A stretch of DNA of 64,000 bases from the human T2T-CHM13v2.0 reference genome, Homo sapiens: NCBI RefSeq assembly GCF_009914755.1, contig NC_060939.1. One strand, 5' to 3'. Made by a program: the position numbers and the translations under genes. Below the pieces are notes generated by a model, which saw only the letters and a program-made list of their open reading frames with translations, was not told the origin of the DNA and did not search any database. Positions 54,275 through 64,000 of the stretch are shown here, in pieces. Numbering within the stretch: position 1 is the first letter of the stretch; every line of letters begins with the position of its first letter.

Positions 54275-54790
54275 TGTACAGGAGCATGCATATTTGGAAG
54301 CAGGGATCACTGTGAACCGTGTCAGGGGCAGATTGCTAGCACAGGTGTCGACGTGGTCTAGCCTCATAAAAAGGTTTGAAATATAGCCCCTCTTTGTCAA
54401 TTCTCAGGAGAATTTTGTTTCTTTTCGTTGTTTCTCTGGTTATTTTAACATAGGTACTTAAAAACCTAAAGTTAATTAGTATTTTCCCCTCCTTCCAATC
54501 AGTGACCCCTTGTTACCCAGTGTTTGGGTTCTAACCTATTCCCCTCTGCCATAGACATTATTGCTGTTGTTTTGGTTGTTTTATATGGACTGTGGTTTTT
54601 TTCTGGAGTTAGCCAAATATTGCACATCTTTGCTTACTATCGTTTCTTACCATCGTTTGCTATGTCTCAGATCTTATAAAATCATTTCCTTCTCCTTTAT
54701 CATATCTTTTTCAATTTACTTTAGTGAAATTCTTTCATTGGTTAATTCTGATTGTTTCAAAATATCTTCATTTTGTCCTTTTTCTAGGGT

Positions 54791-54986
54791 GGGGGTTGGT
54801 AAACACTTTCTGTAAAGGGCACAATGGTATTTTCAGCTTTGGGCCATATAGTCTCTGTTGCAACTGCAAAAGTAGCCCTGGACATATTATAAATGAGTGG
54901 GTGTGGCTGTGTTCCCATAAAACTTCATTTACAGAAACAAATGATGGGCCTGATTCAGCCCATGGGCCATAATTTGCCAACTCCTG
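54791..54986. mobile_element. MER58A-like hAT MITE
   Basis: ggggttggtaaacactttctgtaaagggc...tggctgtgttcccataaaactt...tttgccaactcctg with terminal inverted repeats. Confidence 0.75.
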
Positions 54987-56619
54987 TTGTAGTTATGAAT
55001 TCTCAGGAGCAAGCCTCTGTCTCCCTGTCAGTGCTGAGGCTGGGAAGGGCAGCTTTCTGTGGTGTTCTTCTTATTCACAGTCACTGAGGGGCAACCCTTT
55101 GGAGCCCCACTTTCTATAGGAAGTCCTTGGAGGCATGCTGCATTACCCTGCACCCTGTGCACCAGAGAGCCTCACACCCTCCCCGCCAGAAGCTGGCTTT
55201 GGGGGTGGGGCTCATTTATCCACCTGAGTTTGGGTTTCACTTCCTGCGTTGGGCCTTGTGGCTTCCTTACTATTATGTCAGCGTAGCAGCACGTTTGAAA
55301 GATGTCTAAAACAGCATGGAACAGCATTTAAGTTTTTATCAGGAGGCATATTTGCCTTCATTTGGAAAATGGCAGTCTGATTGTGTGTGTGTGTCTTTTT
55401 AAATTAATCATGTTTTTTAAAAAATTAATCATAGATGTTTTGTGTCCTAAAACATTCCCACTTAGATGGAAAAAAAAAGCGTTTTTTCCCATGTGGTTTA
55501 TACGCTGCCCTGCTGAAATATTAAAATGTATTTGTGTTCTTTTACGGATATGTTTTGTGGCTGTTATTGTCAGAGATTTGCATATAGTAGATAATTAAAT
55601 TGTTTTTTGCTTTTCTTGGTGTTAATTGTAGTTGGTATTCCAGACAAAAATCGAAGAGCTTCCAGGGAGAAGACTTTATTTTCACAGTATGTTTTCTGAA
55701 TTTGGAATTTCTAATAGTCGTGTTTTTATTTCATTTCTAGAACTTTGATAGAGCATGTATAAAGGCATAAACATTCCTGTGATTTTTAACTTTAAATTTT
55801 ATTTCTATGTGGTAAAAATGTCTAAAACATGGATTGTTTATGAATTACTAAATTTAGGGGATATTGAGATTAAAAACTGATGTTACTGTTGCTTTTTCTT
55901 TTATTAGCTGTATGCCACTGGGTATGGTGCAGGTGGCAGACTAGGCATTGAAGGGACAGAGTCGGTGTCTACCCCAACATTGCTTGAACCCATTCAGCAT
56001 GTGTTTTATTTAGAAAGTAGCTATGAACTCGGGAGGAAAGCACTGCCTTGCCCTGTCTTCAGAAGGAGTTTACTCTTGGGGTGAGGCAGAAAGGAAGTTG
56101 GGGAATGGCAACAGAAGGTGTGATGTGAAAAAATTATTTCAACATTCTATTTGTCTTTGTTTGTTTTAATGCTGCTACAATTTATTGGCACTTCGTTTTT
56201 CAAGGCAACATTTGCAATAATCTGCTCAAACTAAATAATGTTAATGACTCATTTGGCAGCAATAGTTTTATGTTCCAATATGAAGCCTTACCCATATGAC
56301 TCCTCTGTTGAGAAGAAAAAAAAGTCAATTCTGAGTTTTTGATGACAAGTACTAAGTAAGTGTTTTTTTGTCCTTCTCCCTTAAATCATCCACTGAATCA
56401 CGTTTGGCATTTTGTGTAACGTGCGTGATACTAGAACTGCAAATACAGAGGAAATAGCAGGGGTGAGGAAGAAAGAACGCACAATCGACACCATTTTTTA
56501 AACAAATGAACCAAACTCACAAGTTTTAAAAAATGAATGAGAACTACCAGCCAGATTGGAGTAACAGGGGCCTTCCTATCCTAGGAATAACTAAAACACC
56601 ATATAAAATACATTAAACA

Positions 56620-56870
56620 GGTCCGGCATGGTGGCTCACGCCTGTTATCCCAGCACTTTGAGAAGCTGAGGTGGGCAGATTGCTTGAACTCAGGAGTTCA
56701 AAACCAGCCTGGGCAACATGACGAAACCCTATCTCTATGAAAAATAGAAAAACAATTAGCCAGATGTGGTGGTGCACACCTGAAGTCCCAGCTACTTGGG
56801 AGGTGGAGGTTGCAGTGAGCTGAGATTGTGCCACTGCACTCCAGCCTGGGTGACAGAGTGAGATCCTGTC
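56620..56870 (+). mobile_element. Alu (right-arm internal deletion), seed of the adjacent satellite
   Basis: ggtccggcatggtggctcacgcctg...gtgagctgagattgtgccactgcactccagcctgggtgacagagtgagatcctgtc. Confidence 0.88.
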
Positions 56871-59717
56871 ATAAAAAATGAAATGAAATGAAATGAAGTG
56901 AAATGAAATAATGAAATGAAATGATGAAATGAAATGTGAGCTGAGATTGTGCCACTGCACTCCAGCCTGGATGACAGAGTGAGATCCTGTCAAATGAAAT
57001 GAAATGAAGAAATGATGAAATGAAATATGAGCTGAGATTGTGCCACTGCACTCCAGCCTGGGTGACAGAGAGAGATCCTGTCATACGAAATAATGAAATG
57101 AAATGAAATGAAATGAAATGAAATGAAATGAAATAAATGAAATAAATGAAATGATGAAATGAAATAAAATGTGAGCTGAGATTGTGCCACTGCACTCCAG
57201 CCTGGGTGACAGAGTGAGATCCTGAGTGAGATCCTGTCATATGAAATGATGAAATGAAATGAAGAAATGAAATGTGAACTGAGATTGTGCCACTGCACTC
57301 CAGGCTGGGTGACAGAGTGAGATCCTGTTGAAAGAAATGAAATGAAATGAAGAAATGAAATGATGAAATGAAATGTGAACTGAGATTGTCCCACTGCACT
57401 CCAGGCTGGGTGACAGAGTGAGATCCTGTCAAAAGAAATGAAATGAAATGAAAAATGAAATGAAATGGTGAAATAAGTGAAATGAAATGAATGAAATGAT
57501 GAAATGTGAGCTGAGATTGTGCCACTGCACTCCAGCCTGGGTGACAGAGAGAGATCCTGTCATATGAAATGAAATGAAATAAATGAAGAAATGAAATGAT
57601 GAAATGAAATGTGAGCTGAGATTGTGCCACTGCACTGCAGCCTGGGTGACACAGTGAGATCCTGTCATATGAAATGAAATAAATGAAATGACATGAAATG
57701 ATGAAATGTGAGCTTGAGATTGTGCCACTGCACTCCAGCCTGGGTGACAGAGTGAGATCCTGAGTGAGATCTTGTCATATGAAATGAAATGAAATAAATG
57801 AAATGAAATGAAATGGTGAAATGAAATCTGAACTGAGATTGTGCCACTGCACTCCAGGCTGGGTGACAGAGTGAGATCCTGTCGAAAGAAATGAAATAAG
57901 TGAAATGAAATGAAATGAAATGAAATGAATGAAATGATGAAATAAAATGTGAGCTGAGATTGTGCCACTGCACTCCAGCCTAGGTGACAGAGTGAGATCC
58001 TGTCGAAAGAAATGAAATAAGTGAAATGAAATGAAATGAATGAAATGATGAAATAAAATGTGAGCTGAGATTGTGCCACTGCACTCCAGCCTAGGTGACA
58101 GAGTGAGATCCTGTCTGTGAAATGAAATGAAATATGAAATGAAATGAAATGAAATAAATGAAATGACATGAAATGAAGAAATGAAATGATGAAATGAAAT
58201 ATGAGCTGAGATTGTGCCACTGCACTCCAGCCTGGGTGACAGAGTGAGATCCTGTCATATGAAATGAAATGATGAAATGAAATATGAGCTGAGATTGTGC
58301 CACTGCACTCCAGCCTGGGTGACAGAGATCCTGTCATATGAAATAATGAAATGAAATGAAATAAATGAAATGATGAAATGAAATAAAATGTGAGCTGAGA
58401 TTGTGCCACTGCACTCCAGCCTGAGTGACAGAGTGAGATCCTGAGTGAGATCCTGTCATATGAAATGAAATGAAATAATGAAATGAAATAAATGAAATGA
58501 AGAAATGAAATGTGAACTGAGATTGTGCCACTGCACTCCAGGCTGGGTGACAGAGTGAGATCCTGTCGAAAGAAATGAAATGAATGAAATGAAGAAATGA
58601 AATGTGAACTGAGATTGTCCCACTGCACTCCAGGCTGGGTGACAGAGTGAGATCCTGTCGAAAGAAATGAAATGAAATGAAAAATGAAATGAAATGATGA
58701 AATAAGTGAAATGAAATGAAATGAATGAAATGATGAAATGTGAGCTGAGATTGTGCCACTGCACTCCAGCCTGGATGACAGAGAGAGATCCTGTCATATG
58801 AAATGAAATGAAATGAAATGAAGAAATGAAATGATGAAATGAAATGTGAGCTGAGATTGTCCCACTGCACTCCAGGCTGGGTGACAGAGTGAGATCCTGT
58901 CGAAAGAAATGAATTGAAATGAAAAATGAAATGAAATGATGAAATAAGTGAAATGAAATGAAATGAATGAAATGATGAAATGAAATGTGAGCTGAGATTG
59001 TGCCACTGCACTCCAGCCTGGATGACAGAGAGAGATCCTGTCATATGAAATGAAATAAATGAAATGAAATGAAATGAAGAAATGAAATGATGAAATGTGA
59101 GCTGAGATTGTGCCACTGCACTCCAGCCTGGGTGACAGAGTGAGATCCTGAGTGAGATCCTGTCATATGAAATGAAATAAATGACATGAAATGAAATGAA
59201 ATGATGAAATCTGAACTGAGATTGTGCCACTGCACTCCAGGCTGGGTGACAGAGTGAGATCCTGTCGAAAGAAATGAAATGAAATGAAATGAATGAAATG
59301 ATGAAATAAAATGTGAGCTGAGATTGTGCCACTGCACTCCAGCCTGGGTGACAGAGTGAGATCCTGTCATATGAAATGAAATGAAATGAAATGAAATGAA
59401 ATGAAATGAAATGAAATGAAATAATGAAATGAAATAAAATGAAATGAAATGTGAGCTGAGATTGTGCCACTGCACTGCAGCCTGGGTGACAGAGTGAGAT
59501 CCTGTCATATGAAATGAAATGAAATAAATGAAATGAAATGAAATGAAGAAATGAAATGAAAGAAATGAAACAAAATGAAGAAATGAAATGTGAGCTGAGA
59601 TTGTGCCACTGCACTCCAGCCTGGGTGACAGAGTGAGATCCTGTCTGAAATGAAATAAATGAAATGAAATGAAATGAAAGAAACGAAAGAAATGAAATGA
59701 AATAATGAAATGAAATG
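56814..59717 (+). repeat. Composite satellite: ~56-bp Alu 3' end + variable (GAAAT)n, about 25 units
   Basis: gagattgt core counted 25 times between 56821 and 59600; spacers of gaaat/gaat/gat/gaa pentamer variants. Confidence 0.95.
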
Positions 59718-59799
59718 GTCCCAAAGCCATTGAATATCAGGCAACAAAATACAGTGTTCCGTGAGTCATGGGAAACAAAGACAGTTCTAAGGGATGATG

Positions 59800-60080
59800 T
59801 GTAATGGTACAAAAATATAGTTAGATAGAAGGAATAATATCAAGTATGATACCACAACAGGTGAGTATAGGCAACAATAACTTATTGTACATTTTAAAGT
59901 AACTAAATTATAATTGGATTGTTTGTAACACAGGAAAGGATAAATGCTTGAGGTGATGGATAACCCATTTACCCTGATATGATTACTACACATTGTATGC
60001 CTGAATCAAAATATTTCATATACTCTACTATGTACCCACAAAAATTAAAAAATTTTTAAATGAAAAATTAAAAAGAAAAA
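59800..60080 (+). mobile_element. L1MA-like 3' end
   Basis: tggtacaaaaatatagttagatagaaggaataa...gataaatgcttgaggtgatggata...tatgtacccacaaaaatt. Confidence 0.7.
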
Positions 60081-60584
60081 GGCAAGTTCTAAAAATTTCC
60101 CAATGGATTTCCTGTAGAAAGTTTCCAGACTGTGACACAGGAAGGAGAATGCCAGGCAGATCCTGGCACACCCCCTTAGTAGAGAGGAGACAGAACTGGA
60201 AATCCAGGGAGGCCAAGACATACAGAGTCTGTATACAGAGTACCAGAGCGGAGAGAGCTGCACAGAGAGGACTGCGGAGACCTGCAGAGCCTAATATGGC
60301 ATTCACAGCTGTGAGGTTGAGGAACAGACCGCCCAAAGGGATGAGAAGGAATAGTCCCCAGAGCTCACACAGCAGGGAGTTGGAGCCTGCTCCCAAAACC
60401 TCACAATTTACAGGGCAACGATTAAAGTACTAAGAATGATGTTACCCAGTATTGGTGAAAAATTAGCGACAGATGAATTGTTGCTATCATCCCACCAACA
60501 AAGCTTAAAAGCAAGACCCGAAAGGATTAAACTACTTATAAGTAACTTATCACAGAGATCAAAGCTCAAGAATATATATATATT

Positions 60585-64000
<3,416 letters not shown>

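Noticed and set aside
56814-59717. CRISPR-like repeat/spacer appearance
   Set aside because: Repeats are Alu 3' ends, spacers are low-complexity pentamers rather than unique sequences, the DNA is primate and there are no cas genes.
56869-59812. Long minus-strand ORFs (492, 399, 253, 229 aa) rich in F/H/I/S
   Set aside because: Translation of (ATTTC)n plus Alu ends, which lack stop codons; no coding signature.

Overview
Primate (very probably human or great-ape) genomic DNA from a chromosome-15-type segmental-duplication mosaic; no intact protein-coding gene is evident. On the + strand, in order: (1) a disabled GOLGA8 (golgin core duplicon) copy, 3.5-13.8 kb, with promoter, ~21 exon remnants and an intronic 7SL pseudogene, broken off inside its last exon; (2) an Alu-derived ~460-bp tandem array with a strong one-strand T>C bias, plus two solo LTRs (LTR15-like and MER11) each inserted into an Alu; (3) an apparently intact copy of the first coding exon of FRMD6; (4) an unprocessed partial HERC2 pseudogene (16 exons, end of RLD2 to start of RLD3), carrying a spliced ENDOD1 mRNA fragment just after its sixth exon, missing one exon, and containing a 76-bp VNTR and a Tigger1; (5) a ~2.9-kb composite satellite of Alu 3' end plus (GAAAT)n; (6) the 3' part of an L1PA on the minus strand. 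From memory the arrangement resembles GOLGA8UP/HERC2P10 at 15q13, but this is not verified. The most interesting signals are the possible fossil of ADAR-edited RNA in the Alu array, a latent in-frame FRMD6-HERC2-ENDOD1 chimeric ORF, and the nascent Alu/pentamer satellite with higher-order structure. Gene and repeat-family identities come from recalled sequences, not database searches.
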